A stretch of 64,000 bases of DNA from an uncultured Actinomycetes bacterium (lineage in GTDB: Bacteria > Actinomycetota > UBA4738 > HRBIN12): assembly GCA_963713185.1 (NCBI GenBank), contig CAVQKV010000007.1, forward strand, positions 18,537 through 82,536, written 5' to 3'. Positions 28,557 through 38,317 of this stretch are shown here, piece after piece (the first letter of the stretch is position 1; each line of letters starts with the position of its first letter). The position numbers and the translations under genes are program-made. Under the pieces are notes generated by a model. The model was not told where the DNA came from, did no database searches, and saw nothing but the letters and a program-made list of their open reading frames with translations.

Positions 28557-28991
28557 ATGCCCCGCGTGGCGGGGATCCCAATCCCGGAGGCAGCTCGCGA
28601 GCTCCTCGAGAGCGACGCCGTCGCTCACGTGGTCACGCTCGACGAGGACGGGGCGCCACACGTCTCGGCGGCGTGGATCGGGATCGACGATGGTGAGATC
28701 GTCCTGGCCACGATGCCCGACCAGCGGAAGCTCAGGAACATCCGCCGAGATCCTCGGGTCGCGCTCTCCGTGCCGTCGACGAACGTCAACGCGTGGGGCC
28801 TCCTCGAGTACCTCGTCGTCTACGGAACGGCGCGCGTCGTCGAGGGCGGCGCCCCCGGGATGCTCCAGCACCTTGCGCACACGTACCTCGGACCCGATGT
28901 CGTGTTCCCGAACATGCCCGACCCGCCGCCCGGGTTCATCACGCGGATCACGCCCGAGCGGTTCGGAGGCGTCGGGCCGTGGAACCCGTAA
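28557..28991 (+). CDS. PPOX-class (pyridoxamine 5'-phosphate oxidase-like) probable F420-dependent enzyme
   Basis: The pattern AVAHVVTLDEDGAPHVSAAWIG...RKLRNIRRDPRVALSV is typical of the split-barrel family. Confidence 0.75.
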   Translation: MPRVAGIPIPEAARELLESDAVAHVVTLDEDGAPHVSAAWIGIDDGEIVLATMPDQRKLRNIRRDPRVALSVPSTNVNAWGLLEYLVVYGTARVVEGGAPGMLQHLAHTYLGPDVVFPNMPDPPPGFITRITPERFGGVGPWNP

Positions 28992-29100
28992 CGCCGTTGG
29001 AGGCTCGTCCGGGATCGCGGCTCGCGCCGGGATCCTTTGAAGAGGGAAGCGAGCCCTTTGGACGGAGCCGCGGCCGGGTATACACGCTTCGACATCCCAG

Positions 29101-29643
29101 ATGAAGGGGGCGGCCGTGAGTGACGACTCGGCACAAGAGCACGCCCGCGTCGCCGAAAAGGCGCGGCGGACGGCGGAGGAGCGGGCGGACGCTGAGCAGG
29201 AACGGGCGGAGCGGATGAAGGAAGAGATGCTCACCGGACCCATGAGCCAGGAAGTGCTCAGGCAGCAGGGACTCATCTACGGCGGCCTGATCCTCATCGG
29301 CGTGTACATGGTGGAGCCGTTCCTCACCGCTCCATCGCTCGACGCCTCCGCCACGATCTCCGTCGTCGCGTTCGCGGTGGCGATCCCGCTCCTGGCCGCG
29401 CTCGTGATGGTCAACCGGCAGGAGGCCTTCCGCGGCCGACGAACCCCGTCCGTCATGGTCACCGTCGCGCTGGCCGTCGGTCAGTCGGCGGCCTTCGTCG
29501 GGATCGTCGCGGGCTTCTGGCACATCACGTGGATCGCCGGGGTGACGTTCCTCGTCGCCGGGCTCGTCGCGGTGGGCATCCATTCGGCCGGCTTCTGGCG
29601 CCTCGAGGAGACGCAGCAGCCGACGTCGCGGGACCGCGGTTAG
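29101..29643 (+). CDS. hypothetical membrane protein
   Basis: Charged N-terminal helix followed by about four TM helices, with good codon bias. No family was recognised. Confidence 0.5.
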   Translation: MKGAAVSDDSAQEHARVAEKARRTAEERADAEQERAERMKEEMLTGPMSQEVLRQQGLIYGGLILIGVYMVEPFLTAPSLDASATISVVAFAVAIPLLAALVMVNRQEAFRGRRTPSVMVTVALAVGQSAAFVGIVAGFWHITWIAGVTFLVAGLVAVGIHSAGFWRLEETQQPTSRDRG

Positions 29644-29699
29644 GCTGACGGGAGTCGGCCGACGATGCGAGAGGCTCCTCCTCGAAGGAGGTACCGGCC

Positions 29700-30274
29700 A
29701 TGGGCATCGTGATCTACGACAAGAGCATGTCCCTCGACGGCTACATCGCCGGAGCGAACATGCGGGTCGAGGCGGGGCTCGGCGACGACGGGGAGCGGCT
29801 GCACGACTGGGCGTTCAAGGACCCCGGCATCGAGCTGATCCAGCGCGAGGTCGACAACCTCGGCGCGGTGATCTGCGGACGCCGCACGTACGACATGTCG
29901 ATCCAGTACTGGGGCGACGGCGGTCCGACGGGGAGGCTCGCGTCCCACTGTTCGTGCTGTCGCACGGCGTGCCCGACGACGTCCCCGAGGGCGGCGTGTA
30001 CACGTTCGTCGACGACCTCGAGACGGCGTTGGGGCGGGCTCGCGAGACCGCGGGCGACATGAACATCAGCGTGATGGGCGCCGACGTCGGACGCCAGCTC
30101 CTCGACGCCGGCGTGATCGACGAGATCTCGGTGCACGTCGTGCCGGTGCTGTTCGGGAGCGGTACGCCGATGTTCGGGCAGGGCGTCGATGAGCACGTCA
30201 CGCTCGAGTTCGTCTGCGTGAGCGAGAGCCCGCACGCCACACACCTGCGCTACCGCGTCGTCCGCGAGGGCTGA
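29700..30274 (+). CDS. dihydrofolate reductase-like (RibD C-terminal domain) protein, one frame break near 29930
   Basis: MGIVIYDKSMSLDGYIAG...CGRRTYD lies in ORF 29700. After the acgggg run the homologous sequence continues in ORF 29954..30274 (VPLFVLSHG...THLRYRVV). Confidence 0.75.
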
Positions 30275-30353
30275 CCCTCCGCAGGGTTGGGCCGCAGCGG
30301 AGACGCGCTCCGTGAGCAACACCGAGCGAGGGAGCTCGTCATAGGCTTCGTCC

Positions 30354-31487
30354 ATGGCGGAGGGGTTCTGCCTGCGATGCGACTGGGCAGGCGAGACGGA
30401 GGAGCCTGCTTGCCCTCGGTGCGCCGCTCCCCTGTACCGGATGGGCCGTTCGGAGCCGACGCCGGCTCCTCCGGACGTTCCCCCGGCCCGCCCCGATCCG
30501 CCGGCCGAAGTCCCGGGTACCCGCGGCGCGCCCCTCGAGGGTTCCGAACGCGAGGGCGATCAGGACGAGGCGGTCCTTCCATCAGTCGGCACGGCCGAGC
30601 GCGGCCGCTGGCGGGTCATCGCTCTCGCCCTCACGCTCACGGCGGTCGTCGCCTTCGCGCTGACGCGTGGTGGCGAGCTCGACCCCGGTGATCGGGACCA
30701 GGCTCGCGCGGACCTCGAGACACCAGCGGATCCTGCCTTTCCCAGCCTGCCGGTCAACCCGTCGCCGGGCCCACCACCTCAGTGCTCCGGTGATGCGACG
30801 CCGCCGGCCCGAGCTGAACCCGCCGACGCCGTGCCGGCCGCAACGGCCGACTACGTCTTCCAGAGCTCGCTCGAAAGCAGCCTGGGCACCGACCCCGATC
30901 CCGAACTCGTCGAGGTCGAGGGTGGCAGCAGCGTCTTCACCGTCGATGGAAGGACCGGGACCACGGTGCTCCGCTTCGCCGGTGGCAGGGGGTTGGCGCT
31001 GGCTCCGACGACCCGAGTCATCCCGAGCTCGGAGTACACGATCGAGCTCCTGTTCCGACTCGATCTCCTCACCGGGTACCGGAAGATCATCGACTTCAAG
31101 AACGGCACCGCCGATGACGGCCTGTACGTGCTGGACGGATGCCTGACCTTCTACCCGAAGCAGCAGCAAGCCCTCAACGCGATCCGAACGGATACGTACG
31201 TGCAGGTCGTCCTGACGCGGGACTCGACCGACCGGGTCGTGGGCTACGTCAACGGCATCAGGCAGTTCGCCTTCGCCGACCGCGGCGGCCTCGCGGAGGT
31301 GAACGGAAGGAAGACCCTTCGGTTCTTCGTCGACGACGTCACGACGACCGGGGAGCATTCGAGCGGTGCGGTATCGCAGATCCGGCTGTTCGATCAGGCC
31401 CTCACCGCGAACGAGGTCGCGGCGCTCGCGTGCACCGAGTTCCTCATCGCGGATGAGGCCTCCCCATGCCTCGAGATCCTGCAGTGA
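30354..31487 (+). CDS. zinc-ribbon / TM / LamG-like (concanavalin A-type lectin) domain protein
   Basis: N-terminal CxxC...CxxC, a Pro-rich linker, TM segment WRVIALALTLTAVVAFAL, and a C-terminal Laminin_G_3-like pattern (…VVLTRDSTDRVVGYVNG…IRLFDQALTANEV). Confidence 0.65.
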   Translation: MAEGFCLRCDWAGETEEPACPRCAAPLYRMGRSEPTPAPPDVPPARPDPPAEVPGTRGAPLEGSEREGDQDEAVLPSVGTAERGRWRVIALALTLTAVVAFALTRGGELDPGDRDQARADLETPADPAFPSLPVNPSPGPPPQCSGDATPPARAEPADAVPAATADYVFQSSLESSLGTDPDPELVEVEGGSSVFTVDGRTGTTVLRFAGGRGLALAPTTRVIPSSEYTIELLFRLDLLTGYRKIIDFKNGTADDGLYVLDGCLTFYPKQQQALNAIRTDTYVQVVLTRDSTDRVVGYVNGIRQFAFADRGGLAEVNGRKTLRFFVDDVTTTGEHSSGAVSQIRLFDQALTANEVAALACTEFLIADEASPCLEILQ

Positions 31488-31518
31488 CGCACGCCGTCCC
31501 GACTTCACACCACGATGC

Positions 31519-32451
31519 TCAGACGCCGAGCAGCGGAGCCACCCGCTCGCCGAAGAGCTCGAGCTGCTCGATCGGGTCGCCCACGGGCCACAGGAACATG
31601 CGCTGGACGCCCGCCTCGGCGTACTGGGTGAGACGTTCCGCGCACGCCTCCGCCGACGAGACCAGCAGCCGTTCGGCGAGTTCCTCGGGGGGTCGCCCGA
31701 GCGTGGGCCCCACCCACTCCTCCAGGATGCGGCGGGCGCTCGACGGGTCGTCCTCGACGCGGAACATCATGGTGGCGAGCGCGTTCGGGAACCTCTCGGG
31801 ATCCTTGCCGTGCTGCGGCAACTGCCGGCGCAGCCGACCCCATGACTCCACGAACCCATCGGGGGTGGTGTTGTAGGCGGAGGCGATCCAACCGTCCCCG
31901 AGTCGGGCCACCCGCCGGAGGCCGGCGTCGGAGCCCCAGCTCCCGACCCAGATCGGCGGGCCGCCGTGCTGCGCAGGTAGAGGCTCGAGACGGACGCCAC
32001 GGGTCGAGTAGAACGTGCCCTCGAACGGCTCGCCGTCCGGATGCCACAGCGCCCGGAGTGCACCGATCGCCTCCTCGAACCGCGGCCAGCGCTCGTCCCA
32101 CGCCAGCCCCGCGGCCTCGTAGTCGGGCGCGTGCGAGCCCGGCCCGACGCCGACGACCAGGCGGCCGGCCGAGAGCAGGTCGATCGCGCCGAGCGACTTC
32201 GCCAGCGGGATGGGCCCACGGACCACGGCGAGCGCGATCGTCGTCGCGAGCGTCAGGTCCCCGGTCGCCGAGACCACCGACGCGAGCGCGGTCGGCGCGT
32301 CCAACCACGGGCGGCGGTGCTGGAGGTGATCGTTCACCGACACAGCCGTGAAGCCGAGCCGTCGGGCCGTTTCTACGTACGCGATCAGCGATGGGGTTTC
32401 GGGTTCGGACTCGCTCCACGTCAGGACCGGGAGATGCACCCCGAGATCCAT
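31519..32451 (-). CDS. LLM-class (luciferase-like) F420-dependent oxidoreductase
   Basis: The MDLGVHLP start follows GGGAGGAGG. The motifs SVNDH, GRLVVGVGPG and PPIWVGSWGS are typical. Confidence 0.85.
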   Translation of the reverse strand: MDLGVHLPVLTWSESEPETPSLIAYVETARRLGFTAVSVNDHLQHRRPWLDAPTALASVVSATGDLTLATTIALAVVRGPIPLAKSLGAIDLLSAGRLVVGVGPGSHAPDYEAAGLAWDERWPRFEEAIGALRALWHPDGEPFEGTFYSTRGVRLEPLPAQHGGPPIWVGSWGSDAGLRRVARLGDGWIASAYNTTPDGFVESWGRLRRQLPQHGKDPERFPNALATMMFRVEDDPSSARRILEEWVGPTLGRPPEELAERLLVSSAEACAERLTQYAEAGVQRMFLWPVGDPIEQLELFGERVAPLLGV

Positions 32452-32521
32452 CCCGCCTCCTCCCGCGCTCGGCCCGGTGTCGACCAAGCGTACGCGCGCC
32501 TACCGTCGGAGGTGTCCCAGA

Positions 32522-32854
32522 TCATGACCGACCGGGGGATAACCCCACGTCGGCCACGACCCGTTCGGTCACCTGGATCTCCCCCGGAACACCATGGCTC
32601 TCCATCCGGCTGGCGGTGTTGACCGTGTCGCCCCACAGGTCGTACATGAACTTGCGCCGCCCGATGACGCCGGCGACCACCGGACCGGTGTCGATCCCGA
32701 TCCGCAGGCCGAGGCCGTCCCTGACGATCCAGATCGGGCTGAGCAACGAGACGATCCCGGCAGCGAGCGTCAAAGCGCCCTTGCGGATGCGCTCGCCCTC
32801 TGTGTCGTCTGGCAGAGCCCCGATCGCTGCGAACCGTTCGAGGATGCCGATCAT
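32522..32854 (-). pseudogene. C-terminal remnant of a class III adenylate/guanylate cyclase
   Basis: Only the second half of the catalytic domain is present ([37 protein letters not shown]). The F-x-D-I-x-GFT metal-binding half is absent. Confidence 0.65.
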
Positions 32855-32887
32855 CGCCGATGCACCATCTCGGCCATGCCGCGAACC

Positions 32888-33619
32888 TCACCCAACGGCG
32901 TGGTGGTACCCGGCCGGGTCGATCTCGACCGTCGACCAGCCAAGCAGGTTGATCGCCACGAGCGCGTGAAGGAGCTGTGGATGGCGCTCGAGCCGTTCGA
33001 CCTCCTTGGGCGCGACCTCGATGCTTGCACGATCGCCTTCGTGACGGACGCGGACGACATCGAACCCGAGCGCGCGGATCTCGCGCTCGGCGTCGTCGAT
33101 CCTGCCGAGGAGATCGGGCGTGATACGCAGGCCGGTCTGCACCCGTGACGAGAGGCAAGCCAGGGCCGGCTTCTCAGCAACGCGCAGTCCGAGTTCGCGC
33201 GCGAGCTCCCGCACCGCGTCCTTGCCGACCCGCTCCTCGAGCAGCGGGTTGCGAACCCCCGCGCGCTCGCCCGCCCATAGGCCCGGCCGGAAGTCCTCGA
33301 GGTCGTCGGCGATCGCCCCGGCTAGCACGACGGCGCCGTCCGCGCTCGCGGCGATCGCGTTCAGCGTCGCGTACAGCTCGGCCTTGCAGTGATAGCAGCG
33401 CATCTCGTCGTTGCGCGCGTAGGCCTCGCGTTCGACCTCGCGCGTCCGGACGATGCGATGCGCGACGCCGACGTCCGCAGCGACGCGTCTCGCCTCCTCG
33501 AGCTCGCCCTCCGCGTAGCTCGGCGACAGGGCCGTCACCGCCGTGACCGAACCCGCCCGGAGCGCCCGCGCGGCCAGCGCGAGGACGAGCGACGAATCTA
33601 CGCCGCCCGAGTGCGCCAC
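32888..33619 (-). CDS. larE: LarE-like ATP-dependent sulfur transferase (PP-loop ATPase)
   Basis: PP-loop SGGVDSS, a conserved Cys region (ALACLSSR), and a position directly after larC. In-frame homology (TTEVRDAVEERIRSYGDRAIVAH) continues upstream to 33688 with no ATG/GTG/TTG. Confidence 0.8.
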   Translation of the reverse strand: MAHSGGVDSSLVLALAARALRAGSVTAVTALSPSYAEGELEEARRVAADVGVAHRIVRTREVEREAYARNDEMRCYHCKAELYATLNAIAASADGAVVLAGAIADDLEDFRPGLWAGERAGVRNPLLEERVGKDAVRELARELGLRVAEKPALACLSSRVQTGLRITPDLLGRIDDAEREIRALGFDVVRVRHEGDRASIEVAPKEVERLERHPQLLHALVAINLLGWSTVEIDPAGYHHAVG

Positions 33620-33684
33620 AATCGCCCGGTCGCCGTAGGAGCGGATGCGCTCCTCGACCGCGTCCCGAACTTCGGTGGTGTTCC

Positions 33685-34854
33685 TCAGATCTCCTCCTCG
33701 AGGACCTGGTGCGCGAGCGCGGACGCGGACTCGTGCACCGCTCGGACCGGCCGGTCGAGCTTGCGCGCGGCCTCGACGACGTCGTCGTGCTCCGGCTTGG
33801 CGCTCACGGCTCGGCCATCGAGGTAGGCGACCTTCACCCGGACCACGGGACCGCCCTCGGCGAGCTCGATCTCGACGACGCGGCGTTCGAGCTCGGGACG
33901 GGAGACCCCATGGACACGGACGCCGAGCGTCGTGGTGTGCTCGAAGAACGCACGTCGAACCCCCGGCACGTCGTCCGCCTCGCAGAGCGCCGAGATCGTG
34001 AGGGCGGGGCGCCCGCGCTTCATGACGATCGGCGTGGACCAGGCGTCGAGCGCGCCGGCCCGCAGCAGGCCTTCGAGCGCGTCCGGCACGAGCTCGGGAG
34101 TGAGGTCGTCCACGTTGGCCTCGACCACGACGAGCCGTCGTTCGCCGCGGCCCACCGCCGGCGTACCGAGCAGGACGCGAACGACGTTGGCCACGCTCTT
34201 CGGATCGCGCGTGCCGGCACCGACGCCGACGGCCTCGAGCCGCATCTCGGGCACCTCCGACGAGGGCTCGCCGAGTGCGGCGAGGATCGCGGCGCCGGTC
34301 GGCGTGACGGGCTCACCCAGCTCGCCGGGGGCATCGGGAGGTCGGACGTCGAACCCGCGGAGGAGCTCGAGCGTCGCCCGCGCGCCCTTCGAGAGCGGGA
34401 GCGGTGCGACAGCGATCGACCGAACATCGATGGCGTCCAGAGCCGCAGCGACCCCGACCACGTCGACGAGCGTGTCGTCGGAGCCGAGCTCCTCGAGATG
34501 AACCTCGTCGAACGGGACGCCGTGCACCCGGGCCTCCGCCTCCCCGAGCCGCGTGAGTACGGTGACCGCGCGCTCGCGCACGCCGGCAGAAATGGTTGCG
34601 CGCTCGACGCGATCGACGAGATCCCGGGGACCGATCGGCTCGTCCGGCGCGCGTTCGAGGCCTTCGGGCAGGACGAGCTCGAGCGCTCTGAGACCGCGCC
34701 GTGTCCTGACGCGGGTTCCGATCTCGATCCGTCGGCCGAGGACGCTCGCGACGGCGTCGGCGATCGGCTCGGGCGGCGCTCCGGCATCGATGAGCGCGGC
34801 GAGCAGCATGTCGCCCGCGACGCCACCGACCGGTTCGACGAACAGCGTCCTCAT
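33685..34854 (-). CDS. larC: LarC-like nickel insertion protein (DUF111 family)
   Basis: The N-terminus MRTLFVEPVGGVAGDMLLAALIDAG is the family hallmark. It is a single uninterrupted ORF whose ATG overlaps the larB stop (ATGA). Confidence 0.85.
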   Translation of the reverse strand: MRTLFVEPVGGVAGDMLLAALIDAGAPPEPIADAVASVLGRRIEIGTRVRTRRGLRALELVLPEGLERAPDEPIGPRDLVDRVERATISAGVRERAVTVLTRLGEAEARVHGVPFDEVHLEELGSDDTLVDVVGVAAALDAIDVRSIAVAPLPLSKGARATLELLRGFDVRPPDAPGELGEPVTPTGAAILAALGEPSSEVPEMRLEAVGVGAGTRDPKSVANVVRVLLGTPAVGRGERRLVVVEANVDDLTPELVPDALEGLLRAGALDAWSTPIVMKRGRPALTISALCEADDVPGVRRAFFEHTTTLGVRVHGVSRPELERRVVEIELAEGGPVVRVKVAYLDGRAVSAKPEHDDVVEAARKLDRPVRAVHESASALAHQVLEEEI

Positions 34855-35636
34855 GCGCCCGCTCTCGCCGAGGCGCGGGCGATCATCGAGGCCAGGTAGC
34901 CCGCGCCGACGCCGTCGTCGATGTTCACGCAGGCAACGCCGGGCGCACACGAGGTCAGCATCGACAGGAGCGCGGCCAGCCCGCCGAAGCTCGCGCCGTA
35001 GCCGACGCTCGTGGGGCAGGCGATCACGGGGCAGTTCGCGATGCCGCCGATCACACTCGCCAGCGCGCCCTCCATCCCGGCGACGACCACGACCGCGTCC
35101 GCACGGGCGAGCTCGGGACGGACGGCATCGAGCCGGTGAAGTCCTGCGACGCCGACGTCGGCGACGATCGCGGTCTCAACCCCGAGGACCAGCGCCGTTA
35201 GCTCGGCCTCCTCGGCGACCGGGATGTCCGACGTGCCGGCGGTGATGACGGGAACGAAGCCGCGCGGCGAGGGCACGTTGCGCGCGATCGCGATGCATCG
35301 GGCTCGAGGCCGTTCGAGGAGCTCGAGATCGCCCGCCGCGGCTCGCACAGCCTCGACGTGCTCGGGCGACGCGCGCGTCACGAGGATCGGCCCGACGTTG
35401 CCCTCGACGAGCCGGTCGACGATGCCGCGGACCTCGGACGGGAGCTTGCCCTCTGCGTAGACGATCTCGCAGCGGCCCTGGCGCAGCTCGCGGTGGTGGT
35501 CCACCTTCGCGAACCCCAGGTCCGCGAACGGCAGGTCCCGGATCTCGTCGGTCGCCGCCGAGGCGGACACATCGCCGTCCGCCACGCGCTCGAGCAGGTC
35601 CCGCAGCCGTCGCTCGTAGGTCGGAGGATCCGCCAC
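34851..35636 (-). CDS. larB: LarB-like pyridinium-3,5-biscarboxylic acid mononucleotide synthase (PurE/AIR carboxylase-related)
   Basis: GTG 35636. VITAGTSDIPVAEEA and VVAGMEGALASVIGG motifs of the PurE-like fold, preceded by the LarB-type N-terminal extension. Confidence 0.85.
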   Translation of the reverse strand: MADPPTYERRLRDLLERVADGDVSASAATDEIRDLPFADLGFAKVDHHRELRQGRCEIVYAEGKLPSEVRGIVDRLVEGNVGPILVTRASPEHVEAVRAAAGDLELLERPRARCIAIARNVPSPRGFVPVITAGTSDIPVAEEAELTALVLGVETAIVADVGVAGLHRLDAVRPELARADAVVVVAGMEGALASVIGGIANCPVIACPTSVGYGASFGGLAALLSMLTSCAPGVACVNIDDGVGAGYLASMIARASARAGA

Positions 35637-35734
35637 GCGCTCACGATATCCCGGCCCTCGCGAACGGCGAGGACCGGCGTCAGAGGTCCCGGGCCCGGGT
35701 CCGTACTCGGGCCGCGACGGCGTCCGTAGGTATC

Positions 35735-36853
35735 GTGACCGACCACGTGGCCTCACCTCGCGTCCTGACGAAGCGCGCGCTGAACCGCGCGTTGCTCGAG
35801 CGTCAGCTGCTGCTGCGGCGGCGCCGGATGCCCGCGCTCGTGGCGGTGGAGCGGCTCGTCGCGCTCCAGTCGCAGGTGCCGCGCGATCCCTACGTCGCGC
35901 TCTGGTCCCGGGTCGAGCCGTTCCGCGCCGAGACGTTGTCCGACGCGCTGGAGGAGCGCCGTGCCGTCCGGATGACCCTGCTCCGCGGGACGCTGCACCT
36001 CGTGACGGCGCGGGACGCGATCGGCCTGCGCGCGCTCGTCCAGCCGGGGATCGAGGGGGTGATCTACGGCTCGAGTCCGCTGCGCAGGGTCGTCGGCAGC
36101 GTCGACATGGACGAGCTGTTCGCGGCGCTCCGCGCCTGGCTCGAGGAGGGGCCACGCACGCGCGCCGAGCTCGTGAAGGAGATCGCCGCGCGATGGCCGG
36201 ACGCCGACGCCGACGCGCTCGGCTACGCGATGTACGGGTTGCCGACGGTGCAGGTGACGCCGCGAGGGCTGTGGCGACGGAGCGGCCGCTCGGCCTTCAC
36301 GACGGTGGAGGCGTGGCTCGGCGCGCCGCCGGATCCCGCGGCCGACGTCGAGACGCTCGTGCTGCGGTACCTCGCGTCCTTCGGACCGGCGACGCCCGCC
36401 GACGCCCAGTACTGGTCGGGCGTGGCCGGCCTGGGCGAGGTCTTCGAACGGCTCCGGCGTCGACTCCGCACCGTCCGCGACGAGGACGGCCGCGACCTCC
36501 TCGACGTCCCGCGCGCGCCGCTCCCCGAACCGGACGTCCCCGCGCCGGTCCGCTTCCTCCCCGAGTACGACAACGTGACGATCGGGCACAAGAACCGGAC
36601 CCGCATCGTCCCCGAGGGCATCCCGCGCTTCACCGAGGTCGGCTGGGGGTCGGTGCTCGTGGACGGGATGGTCGCCGCGCGGTGGCGGCTCTACGAGACG
36701 AAGGCGGATGCGAGGATGCGCATCGAACCGTTCCGCCGCCTGACGCGCGGTGAGCGTGCCGACATCCAGGAGGAGGCCGGGCGGCTCGCGGCGTTCCTCG
36801 CCCCCGAGATGGACGTCGGGGTCGAGCTCCGGACGCGCGCCGCGATGACGTGA
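35735..36853 (+). CDS. winged-helix DNA glycosylase YcaQ/AlkZ-like (DUF1006) family protein
   Basis: RALNRALLERQLLL...VERLVALQSQ...RMTLLRGTLH and the C-terminal FLPEYDN motif. Confidence 0.8.
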   Translation: MTDHVASPRVLTKRALNRALLERQLLLRRRRMPALVAVERLVALQSQVPRDPYVALWSRVEPFRAETLSDALEERRAVRMTLLRGTLHLVTARDAIGLRALVQPGIEGVIYGSSPLRRVVGSVDMDELFAALRAWLEEGPRTRAELVKEIAARWPDADADALGYAMYGLPTVQVTPRGLWRRSGRSAFTTVEAWLGAPPDPAADVETLVLRYLASFGPATPADAQYWSGVAGLGEVFERLRRRLRTVRDEDGRDLLDVPRAPLPEPDVPAPVRFLPEYDNVTIGHKNRTRIVPEGIPRFTEVGWGSVLVDGMVAARWRLYETKADARMRIEPFRRLTRGERADIQEEAGRLAAFLAPEMDVGVELRTRAAMT

Positions 36854-36981
36854 CGTCCGGGTTCCCTGCGGGACCGCCCAAAGGGAGACCAGAGCCACCA
36901 GGAACAGGGCGAACGCCGTCCGGGTCGCCGCGAGTTCGATCCGGTTGCGCCCGGCCTGACGGCTGCCCGGAGCTCGACGGA

Positions 36982-37618
36982 CTACGCGGTGCTCACGATG
37001 AGCGACCGCAGCAGCACAAATCCGAAGGCACCACCGACGCCCGCAAGGCGACGTCCAGGTAGACGATGCCTCTCCGACGCCGGTCCTTCTCGAAGAACGC
37101 CGGGAGCGCGAGACCCACGAGGAGGAGCCCGACGATGACGCCCAGATCGATGAGGCGATACGTCTCCGCGCTCAGGTTGTAGTGCCAGACCTTGCGATCG
37201 ATCACCAGGAAGATCGCCTCGGCCACGAGCATCGCCGAGGGTGCGGCCACCGCCACATCGGGGGACGTTGGGGCTGGGAGGCGATCGCCGCACCGGCCCA
37301 ACCCATGACCGGCCCGGCCACCAGTGCGATCATGGTCCAGACGAGGGTCACGTCGCCCACGACGTAGCCGCGGAGAGCTCCGACCAGGTAGTAGAGGACG
37401 ACGCCCACCACCAGCGTGAGGGCCCCGGCGGCCGTGCCGCGCTTCCGCGACGTCGTGAGGTGCCCGACGAAGAAGGCCGCCAGCCCCCACGGCGAGGCGA
37501 TGTTCCCGAGGATCCCGACCAGCCGACCGCCGATGATCCCGTCCGCCAGCACCGAGAACGCCCCGAGCCCCGCGCCCACCATGACCGAGACCAGCCACAG
37601 GCGGCGGCTCGGAGCCAT
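36982..37618 (-). pseudogene. hypothetical multi-TM membrane protein with two frame breaks
   Basis: MAPSRRLWLVSVMVGAGLGAF... lies in ORF 37202..37663. It continues in ORF 36993..37655 after a G5 run (~37257), and the last helix AGVGGAFGFVLLRSLIVSTA lies in ORF 36982..37293 (break ~37045). Confidence 0.5.
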
Positions 37619-37777
37619 CGACGAACCCTTCTGCTCGGTCGAACGGACGCCACATCGTCCCACCGGGTGAGCCTCGGGCTCCGTCGCAGGCTCGCCGTCG
37701 TCACCATTTCCGAGGTCATCCCGTACCCTCGACCGCCCGTGGCGCGGGCGGACCCCGCGCGGGAGAGGAGGCCCTCC

Positions 37778-38269
37778 ATGAAGAAGCTGCTGGTGGCGTC
37801 CGTTGCCCTCGGCCTCGTGGTCGCCGGCGCGCGGGTGGTGATCGCAGGGACGGCGGCCGGGCGCACGCCCGTCGACTGCGTCGACACGGTCTGGCGGACC
37901 TCCTCGGTCTCGACGTCATCGACGGCGTGGGAGGCCGTTCCGGGGTTCGGAGCCCACCCGACCGCCATCTTCCCGATCACCGTCAACGTCGGCGCGCTGG
38001 TCTCAGGAGCGCCGGTGCGGTTCCGCATCCTCCACACCAACGTGGGCGGGCAGACGTTCGTCAGCAACCCCGGCCCGACGCGCTTCGACCCGGGGGTGAC
38101 CGGTCCGAGCTCCTTCGCCTACCAGTGGGTGGAACGCGACAACGTCGCGGCGACGCACACCAACTTCATCCGCCTGCAGTGGAGGAGCCCGTCGGGCGAC
38201 GCCGTCACCCTGCTCCGAGGCGACATGGCGGTGCTGTACCAGACGGACGGGTGCGACGGATCGTCGTAG
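37778..38269 (+). CDS. secreted hypothetical protein
   Basis: ATG follows GAGAGGAGG. Signal peptide MKKLLVASVALGLVVAGARVVIAG followed by a beta-rich domain. Confidence 0.6.
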   Translation: MKKLLVASVALGLVVAGARVVIAGTAAGRTPVDCVDTVWRTSSVSTSSTAWEAVPGFGAHPTAIFPITVNVGALVSGAPVRFRILHTNVGGQTFVSNPGPTRFDPGVTGPSSFAYQWVERDNVAATHTNFIRLQWRSPSGDAVTLLRGDMAVLYQTDGCDGSS

Positions 38270-38317
38270 GCAACCGGCGCTTCCACCCGAGGCCCGGTCC
38301 GTGGGACCATCGACCGC

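Noticed and set aside
33685-34854. LarC requiring a programmed frameshift (larC1/larC2), as in Lactobacillus plantarum
   Set aside because: Here LarC is one uninterrupted 389-codon ORF covering both halves, so no recoding needs to be invoked.
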